The notes under the pieces were generated by a model. The model saw only the letters and a list, made by a program, of their open reading frames with translations. It was not told the origin of the DNA and did not search any database. A stretch of DNA of 64,000 nt, taken from an uncultured virus (IMG/VR IMGVR_UViG_3300012984_000011). Taxonomy: Duplodnaviria; Heunggongvirae; Uroviricota; Caudoviricetes. Within the stretch, counting starts at the first letter, position 1, and the number at the start of each line of letters is the position of its first letter. The translations under genes were made by a program, and so were the position numbers. Where the stretch lies: IMG/VR virus record IMGVR_UViG_3300012984_000011; one strand, given 5' to 3'. Positions 27,632-37,142 of this stretch are shown piece after piece.

Positions 27632-29299
27632 ATGAAAACTTTCGGATGGATGCTTGGCCTCGTATGTATCGTCGCCGTTACGATCCTTTACGCCGTTCCT
27701 GCTGGGGTTCGCTACTATGTGGAGAACAATTATGCTGGGGTTACGGTCAAAGGAGATATCCTTCTGTACCCCTATGGCATTATTGAGCTCAGAGGAGTGG
27801 CGATCAATCGCCCCAACATCAAAGGGGAGTTGAGCAAGGTCACGGTGGCGTTCACCAAACAGGTCCTCATCTGGGGTGGGTACTTGGATGTGGTGGTGGA
27901 CGACAGCCTCAAGAGTGGGGCCAAGACTCCTTCTAATTTCACCCTGGAAGGAATGCATCTAAATGTTCTGGTCCACAAGGGCGAACATCAATTGCATGCC
28001 AAAGAACTTCGCTTCAACAACCAGGAGGTCTGCTTTGATACTGGTGACGCCAAAGCTTTCGGTCTCCACGCCTTCCTGACAATGGGCTGCATGGATCGGG
28101 AGCATAAGACGGTCAGCTTGGACAGCCTGATTGTCAACGTCAATCTGCCCTTCAATGTCCCCAAGTTGGACCAGGGACAAGAGGTCACGCTCAAGAAGCT
28201 GAAGGCCGATCCAGGAAATAAAATCGTAGAGTTCGAAGAAGCAAAGGTGGGCTCCGTTCTGGATATTCACGGAAACTCCACCTTCAAAGTCACTGAAGAC
28301 ACCCTGTCGGTCGATATCTCCAATGTCCAAGTCAACCATCCTTGGATCGCCACAACTCCGGTCGTCTATCCCAGCTTGGGTCTGAGGGTCCCCAAGCATG
28401 TTCTGAAGACCAGATCAGGACTCATTCGTGTGGATGTGGGGCCGGCCAGCATTCAGGTGGACCCCTCGACCTATCAGATTGAAGGTTCGGAGGATTGCAA
28501 CACTTGGGTCCAGGCTTTCCCACAACCCGTCTCAGAGGCGATCCTAAAGGCTGAGGGCCACTTCTCTGGCCAGTTGTCGTTCGAGGTCCGGACTGTCCCC
28601 AAGCCTTCCTTCAGCATCAAAAACAGCTGCAAATTCGAGTGTAGCTCGGAGCTGATCACCTCCCTGAAGAGCGGACAATTCAAGTACATGGCATACGGAA
28701 AGGACAGTTCGTTCTCCAGAGTGTTAGGGTCTCAAAATAAAGACTGGACCCCGCTATTTACCCTGCCTCCCAGCATCCCCAAAGCGTTCATCACATTGGA
28801 GGATCCAGGCTTTGAATCGCATCATGGCATCATCCCACAAGCGTTGGAGAACTCGCTCAAAGCGAATCTCCAGCTAGGAAGGTTCTTCCGAGGAGGTAGC
28901 ACGATCTCAATGCAACTCGTCAAGAACATCTGGCTCGAACGATCCAAGACTCTTGGCCGGAAAGCTGAAGAAGCCATCTTGACGATCGCTCTGGAGTCCT
29001 GTCTCAGCAAGGCCGAGATCTTGGAGCTCTACCTCAATGCAGTCGAGTTCGGACCCAACCTATATGGGATCGGTCCAGCCGCCCAACACTACTTCCACAA
29101 GCCGGCTCAGCAGCTTGAGGTGGACGAGGCCTTCTACCTAGCTAGTGTGCTGCCCCACCCAAGGACCGCCTCTCCCCCCACACCAGCCGTGATGGCAGGT
29201 ATCAGGAAGCTGATGGGCACGCTGGCGAGTCGGGGGCTGATCTCTAATGAGATAATCCCCCCACCGGATCAAGACACTGCCGGCTGGGACGCCAACTGA
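27632..29299 (+). CDS. Monofunctional peptidoglycan glycosyltransferase (GT51, MtgA-like) with long N-terminal extension
   Basis: EDPGFESHHG, GGSTISMQLVKN, RKAEE, KAEILELYLN; N-terminal TM. Confidence 0.88.
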   Translation: MKTFGWMLGLVCIVAVTILYAVPAGVRYYVENNYAGVTVKGDILLYPYGIIELRGVAINRPNIKGELSKVTVAFTKQVLIWGGYLDVVVDDSLKSGAKTPSNFTLEGMHLNVLVHKGEHQLHAKELRFNNQEVCFDTGDAKAFGLHAFLTMGCMDREHKTVSLDSLIVNVNLPFNVPKLDQGQEVTLKKLKADPGNKIVEFEEAKVGSVLDIHGNSTFKVTEDTLSVDISNVQVNHPWIATTPVVYPSLGLRVPKHVLKTRSGLIRVDVGPASIQVDPSTYQIEGSEDCNTWVQAFPQPVSEAILKAEGHFSGQLSFEVRTVPKPSFSIKNSCKFECSSELITSLKSGQFKYMAYGKDSSFSRVLGSQNKDWTPLFTLPPSIPKAFITLEDPGFESHHGIIPQALENSLKANLQLGRFFRGGSTISMQLVKNIWLERSKTLGRKAEEAILTIALESCLSKAEILELYLNAVEFGPNLYGIGPAAQHYFHKPAQQLEVDEAFYLASVLPHPRTASPPTPAVMAGIRKLMGTLASRGLISNEIIPPPDQDTAGWDAN

Positions 29300-29460
29300 A
29301 CAGCCTAAATCTTGCGGCTATTCAGACCAACAGCCCTCTTATAGGCAAGAAGCATCAATCGAACGAGCTTGATTTAGGCTCGTTCGATTGATAGACCCCT
29401 AATCTAATAGGCTGTTAGGAGTTGGTGAATAGCCTATTAGATCCAGAAATCGGCTGTACT
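29296..29460. repeat. Cluster of inverted repeats and AAYAGCC heptamers
   Basis: 15-bp perfect arms 29354-29368/29378-29392; 12-bp arms 29402-29413/29431-29442; imperfect 29296-29305/29316-29325. Confidence 0.75.
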
Positions 29461-29601
29461 TCCAGCAACCTAGGTGCTACTATCATATGGTGCCCATAGG
29501 AGCAAGTGAACAACCTAGAATGAAGCCGAATGGGCTAGATCTTGGCTCATTTGGTCTATTACACTGTTGTTTCAAAAACCCCTTATTGGAAGTTTAGCTG
29601 C

Positions 29602-29868
29602 ATGGTGAATAGCCTTGATCTGGCCGCTGATTGGGCCGCATTGGAGCGTAAGAAAATACCCAGCCGGAGGGTCTCGCTTGAGGGCAAGGTCTTTACCAGG
29701 CTGACCGTGGGGACCTTCCACGGTCGAGACAAGAACCGACGAGCCCTGTGGAACTGTAAGTGTAGTTGTGGCAACACCAAAATAGTCAGCAGCAACGCCC
29801 TCTTGACTGGTAGCGTCAAAAGCTGTGGCTGCCTGATGCGGGAATACCAGCATCGGAAGAAGGGCTAA
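29602..29868 (+). CDS. Short protein resembling the Zn-binding N-terminal module of HNH/AP2 homing endonucleases; possibly a remnant
   Basis: GKVFTRLTV...LWNCKCSCGN...L..G.VKSCGC; no nuclease domain follows. Confidence 0.6.
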   Translation: MVNSLDLAADWAALERKKIPSRRVSLEGKVFTRLTVGTFHGRDKNRRALWNCKCSCGNTKIVSSNALLTGSVKSCGCLMREYQHRKKG

Positions 29869-29891
29869 GCTACTGATAGGAACAGGAGGGT

Positions 29892-31001
29892 ATGTTGTCA
29901 GCATCCTCTCCGCAAATTGGCTGGGGCAAATACCAGGCGTTCGAAGGTCCATACTACTGGGGTTCTCAGAAGTTCGTCTTGCCGCCCAACCCCACCGAGA
30001 ACCAGAAGATCTTGGGAGTAGTGACCCAGACCGAGGGCGGAGCCGCCGATGCGGTCAACGCCTATGATCGGTGCATAATTTCGGTTGGCCTCATCCAATG
30101 GTGTGAGGGAATGTACCTTGCTAGCAACCTGTTGAGTGGGATCGCCGCAAGGGAACCCACCCTGCTGGCGCCGCTCCAGCCGGCCCTGGAGGCTTCAGGA
30201 GCGAGCTTTAGACCAACGGGACGGGGTAACTACCGCTTCTTCATTGGCGGCAATGAAGTCGACAGTGCGGACGAACAGAAGAAGCTGTTCCTGCTGAACA
30301 GTAACGGTCTGATCGACTCTTGGGACGATGCTTCTAAGGCACACGCCCGCTTGTGGGTCGCCTGTATGGCCAACACGTTGGCTCAATCGGCTGCCATGAC
30401 GGTTCAGGCCGACTATACGGCCGAACGGATCAAGACCTTCTGTATGCCGGCAGCCAAACAGATCCTGTTTGACGGCACCCCGAGTGAGGGATGGACGGGA
30501 GCTTTGCGGGCGGGCTTCCTGAGCTTCGCCGCCAACCTGCCGGCTGTGGCATCCAAACATCTGGAGATAGCGGTCAAGTCCACAGGAGCTGCCAAGTGGA
30601 GCCCTGATTGGTGCATCCACATCTTGAAACAGCTGACCTTTGGACCGCAGATCACCATCTACCCTGGACGTTACGACAAGATCCGTCCTGCGATAGAGAA
30701 GCTGTACGGTGTAGACCTGCCAGACTTTGCTCAGGAACTACAGGCTTGGCGTGATGATCATGCCGCTCAAGCGCCAGTTGAGACTGGTGAGCCGACTTTC
30801 GAACACCCCAAAGAGATACAGGAGCTGTTGATCGCACTTGGTTATGACCTAGGTCCCAAGGGTGCCGACGGTGACTTTGGCCAGAAGTCAAGGGCAGCTC
30901 TCAGGACGTTCCAAGGACTCAACAGCTTGGTGGCTGACGGCAACCCCGGCCCCAAGACCAGGGCTGCCCTATCAGCAGCGTGGCGTAAACTTCACTCTTG
31001 A
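29892..31001 (+). CDS. Putative endolysin with C-terminal peptidoglycan-binding domain
   Basis: TEGG..DAVNAYD..ISVGLIQW catalytic-like region; LGYDLG..GADGDFG..FQ..L.ADG.PGPKT PG_binding_1; RBS AGGAGG. Confidence 0.8.
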   Translation: MLSASSPQIGWGKYQAFEGPYYWGSQKFVLPPNPTENQKILGVVTQTEGGAADAVNAYDRCIISVGLIQWCEGMYLASNLLSGIAAREPTLLAPLQPALEASGASFRPTGRGNYRFFIGGNEVDSADEQKKLFLLNSNGLIDSWDDASKAHARLWVACMANTLAQSAAMTVQADYTAERIKTFCMPAAKQILFDGTPSEGWTGALRAGFLSFAANLPAVASKHLEIAVKSTGAAKWSPDWCIHILKQLTFGPQITIYPGRYDKIRPAIEKLYGVDLPDFAQELQAWRDDHAAQAPVETGEPTFEHPKEIQELLIALGYDLGPKGADGDFGQKSRAALRTFQGLNSLVADGNPGPKTRAALSAAWRKLHS

Positions 31002-31726
31002 GTCAATAGACTCAAGATCTTCTGCTCATCAGGGTCTTTGGGTTTTGGCAAAGGAGCGAAGAAGAAGTCCTGATCTTCCTCCAACCAAGACATCACCCTA
31101 GCGTCTGCCAGTTCGGGTCGATAGCTTTTGGCGAACCAACCCATAGCGGTGTTCATACGGTTGTGGCTTGCCGCTTCACCTTCCTGACAGTTACCAGAAG
31201 CGTAGCTTCGCAGACGGTCTTGAATCGGAAGCTTGCTGCATTGTCCGAACGACAGCCGCAAGATCCTCAACCCTTCGCTGATGCAAAGCTTACGGTCAGC
31301 GATCAGCTCAGGTCCTGTGTATCCTCGGAAGATTTCCGACTCTGGATCGTTCCACCTGATTGGACGATCGTGCTTGGTGTTCCAGGGAAGCGTTTTTCCT
31401 TTGCCAACCTTGATCTGCATCATACACCAGGATCGTCCACCGTCCCCTCTAGCGTAGGGGCCTAGGTTTAGGTCTATGTGACGCATGATCGAACTCTCAT
31501 GATGCATCACACTAAGAATCACACTCACAGTGCGGGCACGTCCGTCTGGCCCTCTAAACAGCGGTTTGGTGGCCGGATCGTAAACAACTGCCACAATATC
31601 GTGTGCAATCGATTCATATCTGGCGAGAGATTGCTCCTTGGTTTCGATCGCGTCCTTATAGGGGACCTTTCGCCCTGGAGGGGCAAAAGCTACGAAGAAG
31701 GAGAGAATCCAGGCAAATACGTTCAT
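30992..31726 (-). CDS. Secreted lysozyme/SLT-like protein
   Basis: Signal peptide; HES...GDGGRSWCMMQI...YASG. Confidence 0.5.
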   Translation of the reverse strand: MNVFAWILSFFVAFAPPGRKVPYKDAIETKEQSLARYESIAHDIVAVVYDPATKPLFRGPDGRARTVSVILSVMHHESSIMRHIDLNLGPYARGDGGRSWCMMQIKVGKGKTLPWNTKHDRPIRWNDPESEIFRGYTGPELIADRKLCISEGLRILRLSFGQCSKLPIQDRLRSYASGNCQEGEAASHNRMNTAMGWFAKSYRPELADARVMSWLEEDQDFFFAPLPKPKDPDEQKILSLLTQE

Positions 31727-31812
31727 CAGTCGTTTCCTTTTTAGGGGTCAGCCCCGAGTTGGGGGTAGGACTTAGCTTTTACGATAAGAACCTTCTGACT
31801 GCAATTGTTTCC

Positions 31813-31824
31813 GGTGTATACACC
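31813..31824. promoter_or_regulatory. Palindrome GGTGTATACACC between divergent genes
   Basis: 12-bp perfect palindrome made of two GGTGTA motifs. Confidence 0.55.
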
Positions 31825-31828
31825 AAAG

Positions 31829-32287
31829 ATGTCGACAGTTTCCAAATTCCACTATGATTTGTTGGGGTCGGAGCCCACAGCGGTTCAAGCCAGCCTTTAT
31901 GAGAGTTCGGAGAAACATGGATTCAGCAACGATACTAAGGATCCACTGCTGTTCATTGGAACCTTGGTGTTGGGACTGAGGACTGCTTTTGAGCCGGAAA
32001 CCGGAGCTTTCCATGATGTGGTGTTCCCCATCCCAAAGAATTTGGAGGAATTCGCCATCGACACCATGAATCGAGTCATCCGAGCCATTGGTCAGAAGCG
32101 CCAACAACTCGACCGAAAAACTAGAATCCAGGGAGGGCGGCAAATTGGAGAAGCGTTTTGCCGACTCCACGTCGGCAACCGTGCCTTCACCTTACCAGAA
32201 GAGCCCTCCAGATGGGTGGCTTTCGGCTTCTTGACCAATAGTCCCGCCCCCGCTTGGCTCCGTGCCGGCTTGTTGGTGTTGCCATGA
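31829..32287 (+). CDS. Hypothetical protein
   Basis: ATG 10 nt after GGTGTA. Confidence 0.6.
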   Translation: MSTVSKFHYDLLGSEPTAVQASLYESSEKHGFSNDTKDPLLFIGTLVLGLRTAFEPETGAFHDVVFPIPKNLEEFAIDTMNRVIRAIGQKRQQLDRKTRIQGGRQIGEAFCRLHVGNRAFTLPEEPSRWVAFGFLTNSPAPAWLRAGLLVLP

Positions 32288-32808
32288 CGGACCGATTTGA
32301 CCTTGATTGGGAGGCCCTTCAGAAGAAATCACTCATCAGGGTCACGACCAATCATTCCTACGATTTTGAAGCCCAACTGGAAGTTGCCTGTGAAAAGACG
32401 GTCTTTGATCTGACCCATCTTTTCCGCAAGCATCAGGTGTCGGCCGAGACCGCTCAAGAGCTGATGGGTGAGATGGTGAGGCGTTTTACCTCACATTGGA
32501 AAGAATCCCTCAAGAATCAGGACCTGGCGGGCTTGGTGGAATACATCCTAGAAGGGCAGCAGCTAAGTAATGTCGAACTGAGCAGCTACTTGAGAGCTCT
32601 TCCTCTGACGTTCATCACCCGGATCTGTGATCCAGAGGTAGGAGGTGGGGATAATACAGGTATCAAGCAAGTGATGGGGGTCGAATTGGCCAGGCGAAAT
32701 GGGACCGCCTCATATCAGGTTACCAAGAAGTACGGACAATTCTGTCTCGAAGTGGTGGACTTGATTAGGGATGTCAAATTCGACGTGTTTTTGTTTGAAG
32801 TATTTTGA
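32284..32808 (+). CDS. Hypothetical protein
   Basis: ATGA overlap. Confidence 0.6.
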   Translation: MTDRFDLDWEALQKKSLIRVTTNHSYDFEAQLEVACEKTVFDLTHLFRKHQVSAETAQELMGEMVRRFTSHWKESLKNQDLAGLVEYILEGQQLSNVELSSYLRALPLTFITRICDPEVGGGDNTGIKQVMGVELARRNGTASYQVTKKYGQFCLEVVDLIRDVKFDVFLFEVF

Positions 32809-32828
32809 CCCCTGGTGTATGGCGAAGG

Positions 32829-33683
32829 ATGGCTGAGAAAGATCTAGAGCGAGATTGGGATCTTTTTCACAAAAAAGCGTCCGAATCGTCCGAGCAAACG
32901 ATTTCTCCCTGGGTCTGTAAGTGGGCCAGTACAGTCCCAAACCTTGATCCCGTCATCTTACTAGATGAGGCCAGCGAGGAATTGGCCCTATATGAGCGAA
33001 CCGACCCAGCAGTGCTGACTAGCCAGATTGACTGGTTATCAGACGGGTTGGTGCACAACCTGATCCGTCGAATAAGGAGCGGGTTGAAGCTGACAGGCAG
33101 AACCACTGCAGATGTCGACGAATGGGACCTGCTCCGTAACTTGTTGCTATTACCAGATCTGACCCTTGAGGGGAACGAGCCGTTCAAAGATCTGGTGGAT
33201 CAAGGGTTGACCATATCGCTTGCCTTCAAGGCTTTGTGGCAAGCTCGATTTCTGATCACTGAGGGACAATCGGTCGAATCATTCGTAACCACGTTAGGCA
33301 AGTGGTTGTGTGGTGTAGCAATATTCTCAGAGGACGTCGAACGGTTGCATCAACTGGGAATCGAACACCTCCTAACGACCATCTCAGACCGTCTGGATGT
33401 GTTGTTCATGTTGCTCACATTGGCGAGCCAGAATGACCTGTTGGACCGAGTGATTGTGCCTTTCAAACACTTGGATCAACTGATCACCAAAGAGCTGTAT
33501 AGTCGTAAGGTGTTCACCAAAGAATTGTACGAGTTCCTCCTAGCGGCCGACCGCTGGGGGCGAATCGAGGCTCCTGTGGGATTCATATTCACGTACGACA
33601 ACCCTGACACGGTGGACGTGTTGGAGGATATCGATCCATTGCTCGGCAGACAATTGAAACGCATCAAGGAGAACAGTAGATGA
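32829..33683 (+). CDS. Hypothetical protein
   Basis: ATG 9 nt after GGTGTA. Confidence 0.6.
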   Translation: MAEKDLERDWDLFHKKASESSEQTISPWVCKWASTVPNLDPVILLDEASEELALYERTDPAVLTSQIDWLSDGLVHNLIRRIRSGLKLTGRTTADVDEWDLLRNLLLLPDLTLEGNEPFKDLVDQGLTISLAFKALWQARFLITEGQSVESFVTTLGKWLCGVAIFSEDVERLHQLGIEHLLTTISDRLDVLFMLLTLASQNDLLDRVIVPFKHLDQLITKELYSRKVFTKELYEFLLAADRWGRIEAPVGFIFTYDNPDTVDVLEDIDPLLGRQLKRIKENSR

Positions 33684-34216
33684 AAATACGACGCATCGCC
33701 TTTACCGGCCCTTCCGGAACAGGCAAGACAGTTCTGGCCAAACAACTAGAACAACAGTTGGGCATTCCCTTCAATCCTATCGGGTCTCGCACCGTCGCCA
33801 AGGAGATGGGGTTTAGCAATCCCTATGATGTGGATCAGGCCGGCCGACGGAAAGAATTCCAGGAGCGTCTATTGGGCGCCAAAATAGCCTGGGAGACCGA
33901 GAATCAGTCCTTCGTGACAGACCGCAGCACCTTCGACAATCTATCGTACGACACCTTGCACGACCCCAAAGCAGCGGATCCGGTCAGTATCGAGCGGGCA
34001 ATTGCTCAGGCGCAGTCCTACACACATGTCTTCTTCTGTAGTGCTCAGAGCTTCATCAATGTGCAGTCTGACCCGATCCGGATTCAGAACTTGGCCTATC
34101 ACGACATGTATGAAGCCCTGCTGATGGGACTTCATATCAAGTACGGGGTCAAGTTCATCAAAATACCCTACGGCGAACTAGAGCAACGGCACCAATTCGT
34201 CCGTTCTCTCACATAG
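33680..34216 (+). CDS. P-loop kinase (AAA_28/NadR-kinase/dNMP kinase-like)
   Basis: IAFTGPSGTGKT, VTDRS..D. Confidence 0.75.
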   Translation: MKIRRIAFTGPSGTGKTVLAKQLEQQLGIPFNPIGSRTVAKEMGFSNPYDVDQAGRRKEFQERLLGAKIAWETENQSFVTDRSTFDNLSYDTLHDPKAADPVSIERAIAQAQSYTHVFFCSAQSFINVQSDPIRIQNLAYHDMYEALLMGLHIKYGVKFIKIPYGELEQRHQFVRSLT

Positions 34217-34451
34217 CCAACGCTTTGGCCAGGTGGCCGAAGTAATCCAGCACATCACCGTTTCGGAAGTCGATCTTAACCAACATGGTCTTGATGGCGT
34301 CTCGCTCATGCTTGGGCGCCATCTTGATCGCATCAATCACGCACCCAAGCGGGATCGAGTTCTCACCTGACGGGCCTTCAACGAAGAAGCGGTGCTCGGT
34401 GTCGAGGCCTTTTTCGGAAACGAACGTCTTGAGCCAGGTGTTGAAGTTCAT
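34209..34451 (-). CDS. Hypothetical protein
   Basis: TTAA-N17-CGTTCTA 6 nt upstream. Confidence 0.65.
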   Translation of the reverse strand: MNFNTWLKTFVSEKGLDTEHRFFVEGPSGENSIPLGCVIDAIKMAPKHERDAIKTMLVKIDFRNGDVLDYFGHLAKALAM

Positions 34452-34487
34452 GCAGGATAGAACGGAAGCAAGGTTCGGAAGTTAAGG

Positions 34488-34793
34488 CTAACGGTAGTAC
34501 CAGGCCCAATAATTCTCGGTGTGCATCCGGCACCATCGATTACCCCGTTGTCCAGCGCCACCTGGACAACCAGGGATTTGTTGCTGCAATAGATGATCCC
34601 AAGCTTGGCCGCGACACATCTCATTCTTTGGATACCACACCACCCTAGCTAGCGGGAAGCCGCCTGCCAGAGAATTGTTGGGGGGACGGATCAGCGCTAG
34701 CCGCATCCTCATGCCGGCCAGATTGGGGTCAAAAGGACCGGCTTGATGGAATCTGGCTGCTGTCAGCACCTCTTTGGGGCTATCTTGATTCAT
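34488..34793 (-). CDS. Hypothetical protein
   Basis: ATGA overlap. Confidence 0.5.
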   Translation of the reverse strand: MNQDSPKEVLTAARFHQAGPFDPNLAGMRMRLALIRPPNNSLAGGFPLARVVWYPKNEMCRGQAWDHLLQQQIPGCPGGAGQRGNRWCRMHTENYWAWYYR

Positions 34794-35140
34794 GCGTCGA
34801 GTTCGATATTCAGCAGGATGGCGGCCTGGCGGATCGCCTCAATCGTCACTCCTGGACGGGGGAGAGCATTGAGTTTTCCATACAGATCGGCCGAAACCTT
34901 CTTCAAAATGATATCGTTTCGATAGTCCAATTCGTGGAGATAGACCCGGCCGGGGCTACTGTATTGACCGCCGTCAATCTGGAGGGTGTGGATGTCGAAT
35001 TGATAATCCCGCAAATCGATCTTGGCCCATTTGCGGCCCACTTTCAGTACCTTGGCCTGAAATAGGGTGTCGGCCCGACGACCCTGATTAAAGGTTTCGT
35101 GGACGTAAACGGTTTGACCTACGAGGAAATGATGACTCAT
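34790..35140 (-). CDS. Small beta-barrel (SH3-like) hypothetical protein
   Basis: VGQTVYV...KVLKVGRKW; TTAA-N17-CGTTCTA upstream. Confidence 0.6.
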   Translation of the reverse strand: MSHHFLVGQTVYVHETFNQGRRADTLFQAKVLKVGRKWAKIDLRDYQFDIHTLQIDGGQYSSPGRVYLHELDYRNDIILKKVSADLYGKLNALPRPGVTIEAIRQAAILLNIELDA

Positions 35141-35171
35141 GAGAAGTTAGAACGGAGATTGGTACGGAAGA

Positions 35172-35732
35172 TTAAGCTTCATCACCAAGAATCTCGGCAC
35201 CCCTATACTGGCTGGCCTCGTTTTCCTGGATGGAACGGGGGATATCTTGTGGGATTGGAGGCGTAGGGGCATCTCGTCGGACCAACCCTCGGCCTAGCTC
35301 GATCGCCTCATGGGCCACCATCTCCATACGATTGATAGCTAGATCGGCCAGCTGATCAAGTTCTCGTTTCCTGGTTGGATCGGTTGCCTCCGCCGCTTGT
35401 TGCCGCAAACCTTCTGCCCTCATGTCGGCCTGGCCAAGACGAACCAAAATGCCTTCCATGTGTTGAAGGATAAGGATTCGATCTTCCGCCCCTAGCCGCA
35501 TCCTGCCCATCGCCTCCCAGAACTCCATCGCCGCCCCGTCCGGTGTATAGTCAGGGCCAAATTGCAGACGGCCGTCTCTCTTGATCAGAACCAAAGGATT
35601 GCTCCTACTACCGATCACCAGATCGGTAGATTCTATGTACCCTGTAAAATCATGGTTGTCGATCGTCTCGGGTTGAGGGCCGGTGATTCGGGCCCAAGAC
35701 ACATCCAATGGTTCGTCATCAACGTCAGGCAT
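35172..35732 (-). CDS. Hypothetical protein
   Basis: ATG 35732 is 9 nt from GGTGTA (35742-35747). Confidence 0.55.
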   Translation of the reverse strand: MPDVDDEPLDVSWARITGPQPETIDNHDFTGYIESTDLVIGSRSNPLVLIKRDGRLQFGPDYTPDGAAMEFWEAMGRMRLGAEDRILILQHMEGILVRLGQADMRAEGLRQQAAEATDPTRKRELDQLADLAINRMEMVAHEAIELGRGLVRRDAPTPPIPQDIPRSIQENEASQYRGAEILGDEA

Positions 35733-35793
35733 AACTGACGATACACCAACCAGACCTCTTAAGTCATAGCCTATAAGGGCCGTTCTAACCGTC

Positions 35794-36861
35794 ATGCGAA
35801 CACTTGCCACCATCCAGACCATCCAAGAGGTCCAACCGATCGAAAATGCCGATGCGATCGAACGTGTCAAGATCCTGGGTTGGTACGTCGTAGCCCGCAA
35901 GGGTGAGCTGAAAGTCGGTGATCGGATCGTGTATTGTGAGGTGGACAGCTTGTTGCCCGAACGGCCGGAATTTGAATTCCTCCGCAAAAGCTGCTTCCGT
36001 CAGGCCATCATCGAAGGCGACAACACCCTCTTGAGGGCCGGCTTCCGGATCCGTACCGTCAAGTTGCGTGGTCAGGTGTCGCAAGGCATCTGCTTCCCCC
36101 TCAGTATCCTGCCGGAAGGTGCCCCGACAGAGGTTGGGTCCGATGTGACCGATCTTTTGGACATCATCAAGTACGATCCTCCCTTGCCATCTTGCTTGAG
36201 TGGTGTGGTGAAAGGTCATATCCCCGACTTCATCCCCAAAACGGATGAAACCCGCGTCCAGGTGTTGGAAAATCTGTTGGCTCGTCATCAGGGCAAACAG
36301 ATGTACATGACCGAGAAACTGGACGGTAGCAGCGCCACCGTATTCTGTTACGGTGACCAAGAAGGCGTCTGTGGTCGTACCCTGTGGTTCCACACCGATG
36401 ACCCTCAAAACACCATCTGTCGGGTGGTCCGTGAGATGGGGATCCTGCCTCTGCTTCGGGCTGCTTCGGTGGCAGATGGCTGCTGGTACGCCATCCAGGG
36501 GGAGATTATCGGCCCTGGCATCCAGAAGAACCGCTACGGTCTCAATAAGCCGCAGCTCAGAGTGTTCAACGTTCTGAAGATCAATGATGGGGCGGCCGGC
36601 ACTCATCTGGTCAGTTTGGACACCTGCTTGGCGGTCACTCAATCGGTTGGCCTTCAGATGGTGCCCTGGTTGGGAAATCTGACCCTCGATCACTCGGTAG
36701 ACCAATTGGTCGAGCTGAGCAAAGGGAAGTCCCGCTTGAACGACAAGGTTCATCGTGAAGGACTGGTGATCCGCCCCTACAATGAAGAGAACGACCCAGA
36801 AATCGGCAGACTCTCTTTCAAGGCCATCAACCCTGACTTCTTGCTGAGATATGAAGAATGA
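35794..36861 (+). CDS. ATP-dependent RNA ligase, DRB0094 family
   Basis: N-terminal PIENADAIE..YCEVDS..KLRGQVSQG; TEKLDGS, QGEI, REGLV, FKAI. Confidence 0.9.
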   Translation: MRTLATIQTIQEVQPIENADAIERVKILGWYVVARKGELKVGDRIVYCEVDSLLPERPEFEFLRKSCFRQAIIEGDNTLLRAGFRIRTVKLRGQVSQGICFPLSILPEGAPTEVGSDVTDLLDIIKYDPPLPSCLSGVVKGHIPDFIPKTDETRVQVLENLLARHQGKQMYMTEKLDGSSATVFCYGDQEGVCGRTLWFHTDDPQNTICRVVREMGILPLLRAASVADGCWYAIQGEIIGPGIQKNRYGLNKPQLRVFNVLKINDGAAGTHLVSLDTCLAVTQSVGLQMVPWLGNLTLDHSVDQLVELSKGKSRLNDKVHREGLVIRPYNEENDPEIGRLSFKAINPDFLLRYEE

Positions 36862-37142
36862 GCCGTGACACTATCGTCAAAGACGATCAAGGCAAGCAGT
36901 ACAGCCTCGACAATCTGTCAACTCAGCGCTGGCTGGAGGGACAGGAACATGGGGTAGAGATAGCGGCCAAGTTTATCAAGGACAAGTCATTGGAAGCTTT
37001 TGGCCGATCCCAAGATAAGGAAGCGCTGATGCTTCGGGGTCTGGCAGATGAGATTGTGAAAAAACTGATTCCTGAACTGAAGTCCAAGTCCAAACAGCAC
37101 AAGGAACGATTCCCAATCGAGGTCAAAGATGATGACTCCTGA
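36858..37142 (+). CDS. Hypothetical protein
   Basis: ATGA overlap. Confidence 0.55.
   Translation: MSRDTIVKDDQGKQYSLDNLSTQRWLEGQEHGVEIAAKFIKDKSLEAFGRSQDKEALMLRGLADEIVKKLIPELKSKSKQHKERFPIEVKDDDS

Noticed and set aside
29296..29615. Possible CRISPR array or tRNA
   Set aside because: No regularly spaced direct repeats and no cloverleaf/TTCGA arm; no tRNA or CRISPR noticed elsewhere by eye
35785..36753. 322-aa minus-strand ORF
   Set aside because: Antisense shadow of the RNA ligase
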